From Phallusia mammillata (lineage: Eukaryota), in assembly GCA_965637545.1 (NCBI GenBank), contig OZ281498.1, positions 11,966,001 to 12,030,000 on the forward strand: a DNA stretch of 64,000 nt. The letters run 5' to 3'. Below are positions 1 to 12,700 of this stretch, piece by piece. How positions within the stretch are numbered: position 1 is the first letter of the stretch; the number at the start of each line of letters is the position of its first letter. Position numbers and translations under genes: made by a program. The notes under the pieces are model-generated. The model saw only the letters and a list, made by a program, of their open reading frames with translations. It was not told the origin of the DNA and made no database searches.

Positions 1-179
1 TAAACGGTTTTCCTATTCACCTAAAAAAACATGTCTTCGTCATATAAAAATCTTTTTGGTAAAATAATTTAGTTCTCATCATGCGATAATTTAAAAAAAC
101 ACATTTACTATCGTGCTTCCAACTTGATGTAATATACGGTTGTTGTGCATTTTCATTACATTATCTAACGGTTCCACAG

Positions 180-700
180 GATGCGGCGGTCCCAGTCTCT
201 TGGCAAACACGATTCGTGGTTCCATTATGAGCAGAAATTACCCACTACCTCACTATGGATCCGGTGATTGCATGTGGATGATTGTTGGGCAACAGCAGCA
301 AACTGACACCACAACCGAGGGATCAACTGAATATTCCTTATCTATTGAATTCAGCGAATTCAAAACCTCGCACGACAATGACGTTTTGTACGTATATGAC
401 GGCGTTGGAAAAGATAGAACTTTGCAAGGTAAATCTTGTTGTAGTTGTTGTTTTTAATTTTACTCAATTTACGTTTTTTTGACTATGTGTTCTGTGCATT
501 CGAATCTGCTGCTTATTATGTGTAAAGTAAGTCATTATCTATCATCCCCTTTTGCAGACACATATTACGGAGAGCGTGGAGTGTTTAACATCAATGTTCA
601 AAATGATCGAGCCACGATAATACTTCGCAGCAATGACGACATCGCCATGAGACGAATCAATGCCACATTCTACCTAAACGCAATGGACTCGTCCGTTTAA
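180..700 (+). CDS. Last two coding exons (180-428, 558-700) of a CUB-domain protein; 5' part lies outside the window
   Basis: The spliced product GCGGPSLLANTIRGSIMSRNYP..DCMWMI..SIEFSEFKT..DVLYVYDG|DTYY..ATIILRSND..INATF has the CUB pattern (CGG, S.NYP, C.W.I, D.L.vYDG). The cag|G, G|gtaaat and cag|AC junctions are phase-compatible; stop at 700. Confidence 0.8.
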
Positions 701-1521
701 TACGGAACATATTTTTATTCGTTTATAGTTCATCATTTATTGTCGCACAAAGTGGCACAATGTGCTGTATTTGCATTGCTGTATTTTTGTAAATTTTTAC
801 GACGTTGTTAGCTTCTCATCAGCTCCGTGCAGCAAGAGCGCACTGGTGCCTTTTCTTGGCAGTTTGATCCTTCAGCGAAATTCTCAAGGCAAGCAAGTCA
901 TCTGAAATTCAAGCCTCTCGTCGATAAGCTCGTATAGAACACAATACCATACCTATTGCTAGCTGCAAGCTGAAGTGTTTTGATGATTTATAAACGCTTT
1001 ACGCTTACACTCAGTGCAAGTCAAATCCGAGTTGTTCCTTTTTCCTTATTGTTTGAATGCATTAGCTTCAGTCAAATAACAGGGAAGTTTCGAAAGTATA
1101 CAGTGAAACTAGTATGACGGTTAGGTATTAAACGCATTAATTTTGTTTGGTCTCAAAGTCACTACTTTAGAAATCGAACTGAGGTTGTTTGTGTCAGTCA
1201 CAACTTCGCTTTCACAAGGGGGCGTAAAGAGCTGAATTTTTATTTAGTGGCTATAAATGGGTTGGGTTGGGAAATATTTACATAAAATTTTTACATTAGT
1301 AACTCATTTTTTGGGTTAGTTTTATTGAATTTTAAGTGCTAATACCTTACCCCGACCCTAATAGCCCTAATCGTAAGCATTTTGGGAGATATAACCAATC
1401 AAATTCGGATTGTGTTTCTCGTTATGGTGTTAGTAGCTCTACGCGCGACCCCCACCAGGATGTGTTTGTACATTTACTAACAAACGTTGCACAGAAAACC
1501 CCTTAAAATTTTGGTTATGGC

Positions 1522-1669
1522 CAGTGGTGGGATTTAATTTTTTTGTTAGTTGGTTCGATCACAAAAGTCCATTGACAGTAACAAGTAATGCTATCCGGTT
1601 TGCTGATCTCATAAAATTTGGTGAGACGGTTCTACACAACCGGTGAAAACCGGCTGAATCCCACCACTG
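1522..1669. mobile_element. hAT-type MITE, 148 bp
   Basis: TIRs cagtggtgggatt / aatcccaccactg; perfect 8-bp TSD gttatggc at 1514-1521 and 1670-1677. Confidence 0.9.
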
Positions 1670-2297
1670 GTTATGGCTCATGTCACCATAAATCTTTACA
1701 TTATTTCATGTCAAACACGCCAAAAAACACAATCATACAGAAGTACATATTTGGGAATACTGTTGTGACAATTCTAAATCAAACTGTCGTGTCAGTTACT
1801 ATGCTAAACAGAAGTCACGGGGAAAGTTATGATGATACGGATAACATCATCCCGAGTTGGGTTGCGTCTAGTGGAAACAACTTTTATGCCTAGTTTTTGC
1901 ACTAACACTCGCTAAAAGGCTTTTACTTGACACCAAATAAAAGTATAAAGCACAAAAAGTTACGTTTTAAGTAGTTTCTTATTGCCAAAAACAAAGCAGC
2001 TTACCTGCAAGTTCGCGTATAAACTGCAATACAAAATTAAGAGTCCACATAAGAAGGTAAGAACCTTTGTCAAATACACAATGCGTGATTTCAAGGACTA
2101 AGATTAGAAGCACGCACACCATCAACTGGCACATGCGCCAAATCATCTTTCATGCCATGATTGAGAGATTATACTGCCATGTAGAAAGATAAGCATGTAC
2201 AGTTTTATGACGTCACAATGAACGTTAATGTAAATACAACCCTTAACTTTGTCAAGGTTTGCAACAACGAAGTAAGTTGGTCTGTATCAAGTGAATG

Positions 2298-3116
2298 CAT
2301 GGGCGCTGGCAAAAAAATGGCTCATATACTTCACCGCATCAAGAATTTGTTACATATGAAGGCATAAATCGTGTACTTCACAATTGAGTTGCCTAAAAGT
2401 TAAAGCATTAAACCAGGGGTGGGGAACCTGCGGCCCGCGGGCCGCATGTGGCCCGCTTGCCTTTTTAATGTGGCCCTCGTCACAATTTTAGTATACAACA
2501 TATTTTAGTATAGGTACAGTATACAACATAGTATAAAAAAACAATAAAATTTTTATGTACAAATATGTCCTTGAAATGACTTCGACACTTCTGGTAATCT
2601 TCCCATCCACATTATGACGCCAAACTTCTAAAAATTGCTACACATTCAACCACTTGCTTTATTTGTGACGTAACAGTCACTCGATTGCCTCTCCTTGCAG
2701 TAACAAATCATTTGTCATGTGGTGTATTTTTTTGAATTGCGTTTAGAGCTGTTAGCGTGGATCCTTATATTGGTATTTTAAATATGTTCTTGGAAAAAAA
2801 GACAGATCGATATAATGGAGCTAGGGTATTCCAGAAAGAATGGACAAACTCTTATTTTTAGTTGAAATAAGTGATAAACCTGTATTATAATATTATAACA
2901 CGGAATTTAACAAAATGTTTGGCCCGCCCGAAAATATTGTGCAATTCATGCGGCCCGCAGTGCTAAGTAGGTTCCCCATCCCTGCATTAAACGATGTCAC
3001 AAATCCCCGCGCTGCCACTTTAATTAGGTTTGCTGCAAAATATGTTAAATTGAGGTACGCTGAAATTCCAAGGGGGGTCAAGTGCCCCCTCTTGCCCTTA
3101 CGTGCCGGCGCCCATG
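2298..3116. mobile_element. Outer MITE (about 240 bp of its own sequence) hosting a younger hAT insertion
   Basis: TIRs catgggcgctggca / tgccggcgcccatg; degenerate 8-bp TSD agtgaatg / ggtgaata. Confidence 0.75.
2414..2984 (+). mobile_element. hAT (Charlie/Buster-like) internal-deletion derivative, 571 bp
   Basis: TIRs caggggtggggaacct / aggttccccatccctg; perfect TSD cattaaac; subterminal cggcccg repeats. A frameshifted remnant KRQID..RVFQKEWTNSYF.VEISDKPV at about 2795-2885 resembles the N-terminus of Charlie/SPIN-type transposases. Confidence 0.9.
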
Positions 3117-3764
3117 GGTGAATACTACAGTTTCAGACTAACTATATCACAATAAAACAAAACAATAAAGTAATTTTACTGCGAAAGTTTGAAGATATGA
3201 GACGATATGTTGCGCGTTAAGCAAATCGTGCAATTTCGACGTAAAATGATTTAATATCAGTTCTTATTTAAACCTCGTATGTTATTTATGCCGTATTAGT
3301 CTAAACTACAATTTTACCCAGTGAGAGAAAGCAAGCAACATCACTGTAGAGATGCATAGAGAAATTATACTAAACACAGAAACAAAGAAGCACAAAAAGT
3401 CGATATATTTGAGTCAGTAACCCAACAACTAAATACTACTACATACCGCACAAGGGAGCATTCTGAACATACTTGAATTTTGTAACTAAACCTTATGATT
3501 TGCCGGGAATGTAATTAAGGGTGTGGTGATAAAATGAGGAGAATACATATCTAGGGTAAATGAGTTTACCGGCGCTTTCATTAGCTAGTTCACTGCCATA
3601 TAAACCGTTTTAATACTCCTTGTTTTATCTCAGTGACTAGTTGAGATTTTGTTTTCAATGTATTTTTGGTTAGCCCCCATGGCAAGCCACAGTCCTCTCG
3701 AAGGTGATCATCCATTCTTGAAAGACACAGTGAATATTCCAGCGCATTTTGATTGTTACGGAAG

Positions 3765-6700
3765 TTACCAGTCGTAGGGAAACCTTAATAGTGAACCGTC
3801 CATTACGACCGCACAAAGGGCAACAAATGTTAAATGAATTGTGAGACATGAAAGCCAGGCGCGATAAACTATGGTTGAGCCAGCTCCAGCTTTATGCTTA
3901 GTTTTCCACCATAATGGAAAAATGCTTGACGCCGAGTTGGTCTTTATGTAACATGGAAGATTCATCGAAGTTTCCTGTGAAGACATCACTGTCAAAATTC
4001 GAACTTTCTCAAATTGTTAGTGCTATGTTACCACTACAAGATCACGGTATTTGTAACCCTAATCAGCATAGAAAATATGACAAATAGTTGCGATTTGAAA
4101 CCTACCGCTTTATGATGAGCAATACAACCGTCCGGCCTCCGTCTTTCTTTGTGTTCCCGAAGTTTTTGACACTTTTTCTCTTCCGGATGTAAGATACAGT
4201 TAAGGTTCCACGGGCAACCGAATTGTCGTTGATTATATTAATATCGACTAACAATAGAACTAATTAAATGAATGATACTTTGAGGGTTTGACGTCACATT
4301 TCTCGAAACTATTTGTTGCATCTCTGGAATTTGGGCAATTTATTTACATGTAACATATATATACCACAACTAAAGCAAGTCTAGACTATTTGTTTTGAAA
4401 GGATATAAATTATTTCTTCGTTCCTTATCGGTGTGATCGGATCGCTTTTGTTCTGGCATTTGCAGTTTACTTCGGACGTTTCCACGTTGCCAACAACAAC
4501 CAAAAACAAGTTGCTGCTACTCACACTAAAAACTCCGTACTGTCTGAAACGAAAGGAACATGATATTAACAACATGTAGACAAACGTAAAAAACGTTCTT
4601 CTTTCTCACCGTTCACACTCCACAGGAATATAATTGTTCCTACAGAGTGTCTGTCCAGAATGTGGCATCTTTGTTCGGTTGACGACAAACACTTCGTATT
4701 TCTTAAGGCACGAGCTGAAAAAGTGTTGTTTACGAATTAATTGGTAAGTTTAATATCGCTTCTAAACAAGGTAATTATATTCCAAAGTAATGAATTGCAG
4801 TTTTCAGACAAATTACTTTATCCTATCTTGTTACAGGGTACTTAAAAGCAATCTATGTAAAAGGTGCTGTGACCTAACCAAATACAATATTCATGAGAAC
4901 TAACCTGACAGTGTCGTCCCCCAGACTTGCCGAAGCAGAAGCTGGTGTTGCTTGAACAGACCAGATCATAGACCACCAACTGTATATCGTGATGTTGACA
5001 ATTGACCTTTAAAAAAATACTTGTTAGAAGTGAGGACAAACTTTCAATTATTTGTCACCTACCTAAATAGCTGTTGCACCAACCACACCATGTTTATCCA
5101 TACCCTGTCGAAATGCTGTAAATAATATAGAGGATCGTTGGTTTAGTGGAGAAACAGAGCGAGATGTGAAGGGTTACGTACCTTTGCACCAATGTTGCTT
5201 GTTCCACTTTTCGCGTTGCTTTCCGGTCGGAAGCACATTGCCCCGTGTTCAAAAAGATCGAGTTTTCGGAACACTCCGGCGTCGATTAGATCCCTCATCA
5301 CGTGACCGTTTAGGGCACCGAAAAACTTTCCCAACTTTATTAAAATTACGGATTATAAATTTTGATAAAATTGCAAACGTTTTTGAAGTACTGACGTGTT
5401 CTTGTTGCCTTGACAACATAACAATTCCATTTTCGTCGATGAGAAAGCAATCGAAGCCAGTGTCAACATCCTAACAAGAATTTATTTGTTATTGTACTTT
5501 GATAGTAAACAAAAACCCTAGTAGGAAATGCGCCTAATTAAACTAATTCCGCAAACAAACATTGAGTTATATAAGTTACAGGTTTGCCATTCCGTACTTC
5601 TTTCTAAGATTTGTCCTTATTTTGAAGAGCAATATTTTGGAAATATATATTGCCCTTATTTCTAAGAAATGTCCTTGTTTTTGACTTGTGTCCCTATTTT
5701 GTCTTATTTTCAACAATTGCAAGTCAAATCCCTGTAACAAGCAATAGTAAATCTAGACCAGAGCCGTGAGATGCACGAAGGCGATCCCTGGTTATATATA
5801 GCTTCTACCTCAGCGCAATTTGTATTTCCGAGCAACGCGGTTTCCTTCCAAAACATGGACTGAAATTGAGTTTGGTTGAGAAGAAGACCACACACTGCAA
5901 ATACAAAACAGTTCGGTCATGTCCTTTTCGAAAAATACTTAATATTTCTAAAACCTTCACTGACCGCCAAGAACTGCAGTACGATGTGTCATGGGCGTGG
6001 TAGCAATTACCACATTTCGACCAAACTTTTCTATTTCTGCATCATTCTCGGGTAGTGTATACATCCAAGTTCCTGTAGGGTAGTTGACAGTTCGACGGTA
6101 TATGCTTGGAAATTCAGTGCGAGTAAATCTTTAACATAGGAGGACGGTCAAATTTAAACAAGGAGGACGTTCAAAATTAAACAAAGTTTAGTACGCTTCT
6201 CAAAAAGAAATTGAAAAATATATACCTACACCAGAGTTAAAGGCAAATAAAGATAGCATCAAAAAATAGAGTGTGTTATGCCTAAAATACAGCGGACTTT
6301 TATTTAGGGTAGTCTAAAGACCATTTCTGCGGCTCCGACAGTGCCAAGTCTTATGATTCTTCCAACTATTGACTCTCCTAGTTTCAAAGGTTGGTGACTT
6401 CTGATCTATACTGATGAATAATCAATGACCAACTTAATATTTTGGAAAATGCACTTCACAATGTGAAGTGTATACTTAATGCAGTTTTGATGAATTTGTA
6501 GTGGCCATTTAATTACGGTTTCTTGCAAAGGATTTCGACTCACATTTAAGAAATTTAGCTGTGTAAAGTCCTGTGGTTGGAGTATTTGGAATTTTCGAAT
6601 AAAAGGTAAACGTACATCTTAATGTGTTTAATGGGTGGAAAGCAATGAATTAAGCACATAAGTTATAATAGAATGCTGAGCAATTTGCAAAATTAAAAAA

Positions 6701-9700
6701 AATGTATATGTTTTGTTGGAGGCAAGTGGGGAAAAATTGAGCGCCTTACCTAAACAATGAAGCCCGGCCGCGTTCGTATTCCTCGGAAACATTTTCGTAC
6801 CAATACTGTCGAACAAGTCCACTCTTTGACACAAAGAAAGACATCTCAATTCCAGCTCTGTACCAAACACGCTTGTCAGTGGGAATTGCCCGAAGACCGC
6901 AATCAATTATTTAGTGCAGTTATGTTTGCAAAAGCCCCAAACCTTGACGAGTTGTTAAAGTCTCTGCGCTCAGACCAAACGGGAACCAACGCAGCTGAAA
7001 GGAACACGTCGAATAGCACTCCGTTCAACAGTTCTTCGTTGCCTACAAAAGATGTAGAATTGAATACATTACTACCTTGCGGGTACAAACAGTAAACTGA
7101 TTTTTTTTTCTCGTTTTAAAAAAATAAGTTATTTTTGACTTGCCTGCTTAATCAGTATTATCGTTTTGACGCGTTAGATTTTAAGGAAGATAATTTGTAG
7201 GTTTAAGAGAAACAAGCGACCAATTCTTTCCAGTGGTTTTTAGTTCCATAATCAGGCTTGTCTATAGCAGAGTGTATGTTCGTTCACACTTACACTTAAT
7301 TGTAGTATTCGACTCATCAAGCAAATACGCTTTCATCATCTGCAGCTGGCTCATCTCGCCCACACTGTCAATCATCTCCTGGTTTCGAAAGTGACAATAG
7401 CGCCACTCAGCGGCCAATTGCACGTCACTGAACATGAGCGAGCAAGTTGCAGCCAACCGATCAATACGGACAGCGTCGTATTCTGCCAACTGCTGCTGAA
7501 TCTGTTACGATAATCGATAGGTTACGAAGGTTCACGACTTGATCCTTAATGGCACAACACGCCCAGTTAAAGACGCAGTAAAAAACAGAAGACAGCCTCG
7601 TGGTAAGGTTGTTTGCTATCAAAATAATTAGACAGATAAAGTAAGTTGAGAAATATTTTAGAGTGTTTTAGTTCGTGTAAAAGATATGATTATAGTTTAT
7701 AGTTATCTTACACGTGAACCATCTTCCCCTAAACCCAGAATTCATTGAAATCTTTCAATTTACTTTTTTCCCTTTGAAAAGCGTGGCGAATAAACTATTA
7801 AATTGAATTTATTCCAGTTGCTCACAACAAACCCTAATCGTTATGTGAATAAACCGAAGATGTTTGGTCATAAACGACTTTAGATGAAAACTGATTGGTT
7901 TAATTTACCATGTCGCAGTGCTTTTCGTCATATGAAGCACCGTGTTGTTTTATGCGTAGGTCAGATGTGTACGTCACTTTGGTTTCTCCGTATCCAGACG
8001 GAAGCACAAGAGCAAGGCGGAACGGGGTACCCGGTATTGGCGTGAAGTAATAAACCCCGCTCGAAATAATCACTCGACTCTGTAAAATTGCAGATTTATA
8101 CGGTTCAAATTATGAGCAAGGAATATATGTACGTCATAACAAATAAAAGGCTTTGTAATATGGCGTAATTGCCGTAAAGGAAAATATTATATTGGCGTTG
8201 ATAACTCTATGGAGGCTACAAGTCATGACATGTTTACCGTTCAAAATTCTTTTTAATATAACAACGGTTGACGTTTATATTGTTTGGAGATCAGTCGAAA
8301 AATATTTTAGTACCCTTTCCTGCATTTGAAAATTAATTTTAAAAGATTTTGTGGTGCAAGATATGGGTTTGCGCGTCCATTATAATCGATGAAATCAATA
8401 CAAATGCATTTGAACTGTTATCGCTTTTCAATCTGCTCCAAGAGGCCCCAAACTTGCTACGGCGTTCGGTAGTGAAGAAGTAAATAAGACTAATCGAGGA
8501 CCAGAAACCCTGATTGCGTTTTTTGTGAAGTAAAGGGTTTATAGACTTCGGAAACTATACACGGACTAGAAGAATACGCCTCCTTCGATTTTTAAAAGGC
8601 CTGATGTTACAGATGTTGGTGGGTCTTATTTAGTTTGCACAATAAAAAAAACACCAACATTGGAACGAATTATTTCTTTCTCTATCGTTTCAAACCGAAA
8701 GAAAACTTTTACCCAGTTATCAAGCGGAGTTACAATTTCTGGGTCCGAAACTGATGAAGATTTAAGTTGTACCATTCCTGATCGAACCAATTCATGTGAA
8801 GACCCATATTCCAAGGAGTCGATGTCAAAACTGAAAAAATATATATTGTATTGGATCTCCATAAATTGAACCAACAACGTGCCACTGACCTGCTCGAATC
8901 AGGATTGTTTGAAGGATTTTCTTTAGCGTTGTACTTGTCGTTCAATCTCGGGTGGAACATTGTGTACCCATTGTTGGTTATTATAAATATGTATCCGTTT
9001 ACGCCAACCCTGTAGCACAGCAAATGTTAGATTTCGACTGTTATATGCACAGGTAAAAAAACGGCCCAGGCGTGTTTCTTTAATTTTGATCAGCAACGGT
9101 TGGGTTTTCAACTTTATTATTTAAAAAAAATGTAGCACAGACATACCAATAATTATGTACATCTGTAAATATTCTAGATTATAAGTACTTACGTGTTTAC
9201 TGGCATCGTATCAATCATATCGCTTACAAGGACATCTATAGCCATGACTCCCAACAATGAGGGTGGAGCGTAAGTAGTGTTTCGATAAACTGGCATCGCC
9301 ACTGTTGTAATCAGTCCCAAACCCTGTTTGTAACATTATTATTGTACACATTGTGCTATATCCCCGCATTTGCTTATTATTGTAATACAAAAAACATAAT
9401 TTAAAGTGTAATCTGTCTAGGTGTAGAGTGCATTGATACATTCTTACCTCATTCTCGTTGGATCTGTCATGATAACCTTTGGTCCAAGCAGTATGATGAT
9501 CTCCTACAAACGCCAGTGGTCGATTGATCACCTTCACGTGTCTCTATTTTAGCAAGTAAAAATATTGTCAAACAATCACATGTTTTGTTACGTAAAATAA
9601 AACGCATATCAAAACAGTACTACAACAAATGTCTGTAATTACGTCAAAGTTACTATACGTGCACTACGCTTACTAGCACTTGTTCTGTTACGCTGTTTGG

Positions 9701-12700
9701 ACTTTCAACTTGCGTGAAGAACCCACGGTTATTGCACGCGATCTCCCTGACCGGTTTTAAGTAATTCTTTTCCTGGCCAACCAAATAGGCAAAAACACGA
9801 ATCTGAAACAACAGCAACAAACGTACTGTTTTACTGCTTCCCGGAAACTAACTATCGAAACACAACGTTGAAATACTAACAGACATGTTGCGAGTTGCTT
9901 TGGCCTCATCAAAAATCCATTGATAATTTTCCGGCGCTCCATCTGTGATGAGCATAATTGCACAATTACATCCACTGCCAGCACTTCCGTTCTTGTGAAA
10001 CTGTAAAGACATATGGGGTAATTTCAGTTCCACATATACAAATTATTCAATGTAGATTTATTTGCTTCTGTTTAACCACAGGCGTAAAAACTCTAAAATT
10101 GGGCAATTTGCAAAGCCTGTGTTAGGGCAAGCGGACTATGTTTTACCCATAACTTTATCCGAAATAAGATTTTAAACTGCTTGTAGTTTGCCATAATCGC
10201 GTCTAAAAAGCAAAAGAGCATGCCGGCCACCGGGGGTGAAGCCATGTGTGGTGAGCGGCATTTAACAAGTTCAAATATTTACTTTTCTCATCAGAAGATT
10301 AAACAACGATTTGAGAGTGACGATGCTTTGACACGTATTTTAGCATTGCGGTTTGTACGCTGGGGATGGGCCAAAATCTCATTGCAGCTTTTGAGCTTCG
10401 CCCTCGGTTTTATAAGTTAATTGTAACTTTTCTGAACTATTCCTAATTTGTTATGATGTTGGTTAAATCAGAACATACGATACAGACAAAACATCGTAGA
10501 TTCCTACCTTTACTGTGACGCGTTTTATCAAACACAAGCGATTTGATATCAACATCATGTGTGGTTAGAAGTAATACAGTTTAAAACTAATTTGCCAGTG
10601 AAAGTACAATACTGCTGAAACAGTATACTTACATTAGTCATTAATTCCAGAGCGGTGCGAAACGCGGTTTCGAAACATGCTATATCACTGGTGGTGATAT
10701 TCTGCAGGCTTCGCAGAACAGTCTGTAAAAAGAGGAAGACAGCATGTCATATCTAGACAGAGATAAGTGCGTTCCTGACGCGCAACGATCACATGTATTC
10801 TTTTCAAAGCAAGTTAGCTTTGCTTAGTGCCATTTGTTTGTCACGGCTTATGTAAGGTGAATTTTTGAAAAATGATGTTTGATATTTGTTTACCACAGCA
10901 TTTGTGACAGTTGTGTATACAACAGTACACTGGGATTTTTGTGCGAACATGTTAGAGTTAGAGTGAAAGCACAGAGGTCAACTACAGTGTGACTTTAAAT
11001 CAGTGTTGCGTATCGGATCTAGTTATTACGACATTAAAAATAGTCGTAGTTTGCAAAAGTCACTGATTTCTTCAATAACATTCCAAATATTTTGATTTGA
11101 ATTATTCAGAATTTACGTAATGTCTTAAAAACTCTCATACGCATGTTCCGGTGAATAATGGCTCGCATTGCACTGCGGTTTAATTGGTCAATATTACAAC
11201 CAATGCGTTATATATACCTCGATATTCTTTTTATCGGCTCGTACAAGAGTTCCGTTGAAACATGGTTCCACCACTTCAGTCGTTTTCTTGAACTAAAAAC
11301 GAACAAAGTAACTGTCATTATACTCTCATATTACTCCAAAAGTTTACAGAACATGATTAACAGCGCGTTTGAGCAACCTCTACAGTCGCGAACAAACAGA
11401 CAACGCAAATACAGCAGGACTGAATTTCAGCACGAAGATTCGTGATTTTCCCTGCTTAACTTTTAACCTGTGCAATATTCACTTAGTATTCGTTTTAAAA
11501 GTCTAGTTCACAACTCGCAACATTTCTTTAATGACTTCATTCATAGGTGTTTCATTTAGGGAGTTGAATAGTTTACAACATGAAAGTGTTGACATTAGGT
11601 TCAGGTGTGTGCGGGAGTACAACCTGACCACACACAGCCAGCTACCAAAGTATAGTGTAGAAAAACAGTTTTGAAATGAGGCAAGCAGAGCACAAACACA
11701 AATAAAAAAGTCTTGGCCGTTCAAAACGCGAAAACAAGGCCTATAAGAATTTGTACGCAGACTCCCCAGTGTGAAAGCGAGCGATGCGCCATCGTAATTG
11801 ACTCGTAAATCTTCTCCAGTAAATTTATTTACAAAAGATGCCAGTATAAAAAAAACGTTGGTCGCAAAAACTAAGTGTTGGTTAAAAAAGCTTTCTCATG
11901 TGGTAGCTTGAAAACAGATCAAGTTGTTTGGCATTTGTTGCGAATATTTAGGAAAACAAAATATCCAGCAACGGCTTTGTTTATAAACACAGTTACAAAG
12001 AGCCTGGGACTCTTAATCAGGCATTCCTGCTAAAAGCGAAACCAGATTTGAGGAACAAAAAATGATATTTGGAAACAATCAAGCGTGTCCTTTGATTTGA
12101 CGGTGTAAGTTTTTCATGTATATTTCGGCAGAATCGTGTAGCTTACAAAATTAACTTTAAAGCTAACTGAGTGTTGGAAAAGGTTTTAACAGGCCGATAG
12201 TTTGCCGGCGATACAGACGCCTTTCACGCTCGTGCAATACAAAAGCGCCCAAAACAGCTTACAGGTGAATAGTCTGCATTTGTTAGGGTAATCTGAATAA
12301 AAAAGTCCCTTTAGTGGGTATTAAGTTTTGAGTCCTGAAACTGGTTTTACGCGTGGGTGTTTAAGTGGTGGCTTGCGACCCTGTTTGCTTTGCACACAGT
12401 CAGTGGTTTGTAGTTCGAAGAAAAACAGTCGCAACGATGCCTTTTTAGTGTATGGTGTAGCTTTAGTTTAATACGCAGAATGTAGACAAAGTACATCAGG
12501 TTCAGAATCATGATAACTTTGGTTTGCAGCAAATGGAACCTTAAGATGGTTACTTTTCTGTACCATTAATTTTTCCGATGTGAAACGGTAAACACATTAG
12601 CCTAAGGTGCCGCTACCAAACTGGAAAATGCTGTGGATAGCGAGTGGCTTCATTTTATTGCTTTGTCAATCTTGTGTCCGTAGTAAATCGGTCACGAAGC

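Noticed and set aside
1255-1375. gggtt../..accc loose inverted repeats, similar at 58496-58595
   Set aside because: Too degenerate to define TIRs or a TSD; not a telomeric array.
5575-5710. caggtttgcca start with gtcctt(a)tttt repeats, MITE-like
   Set aside because: No matching right terminus or TSD found; at most an old remnant.
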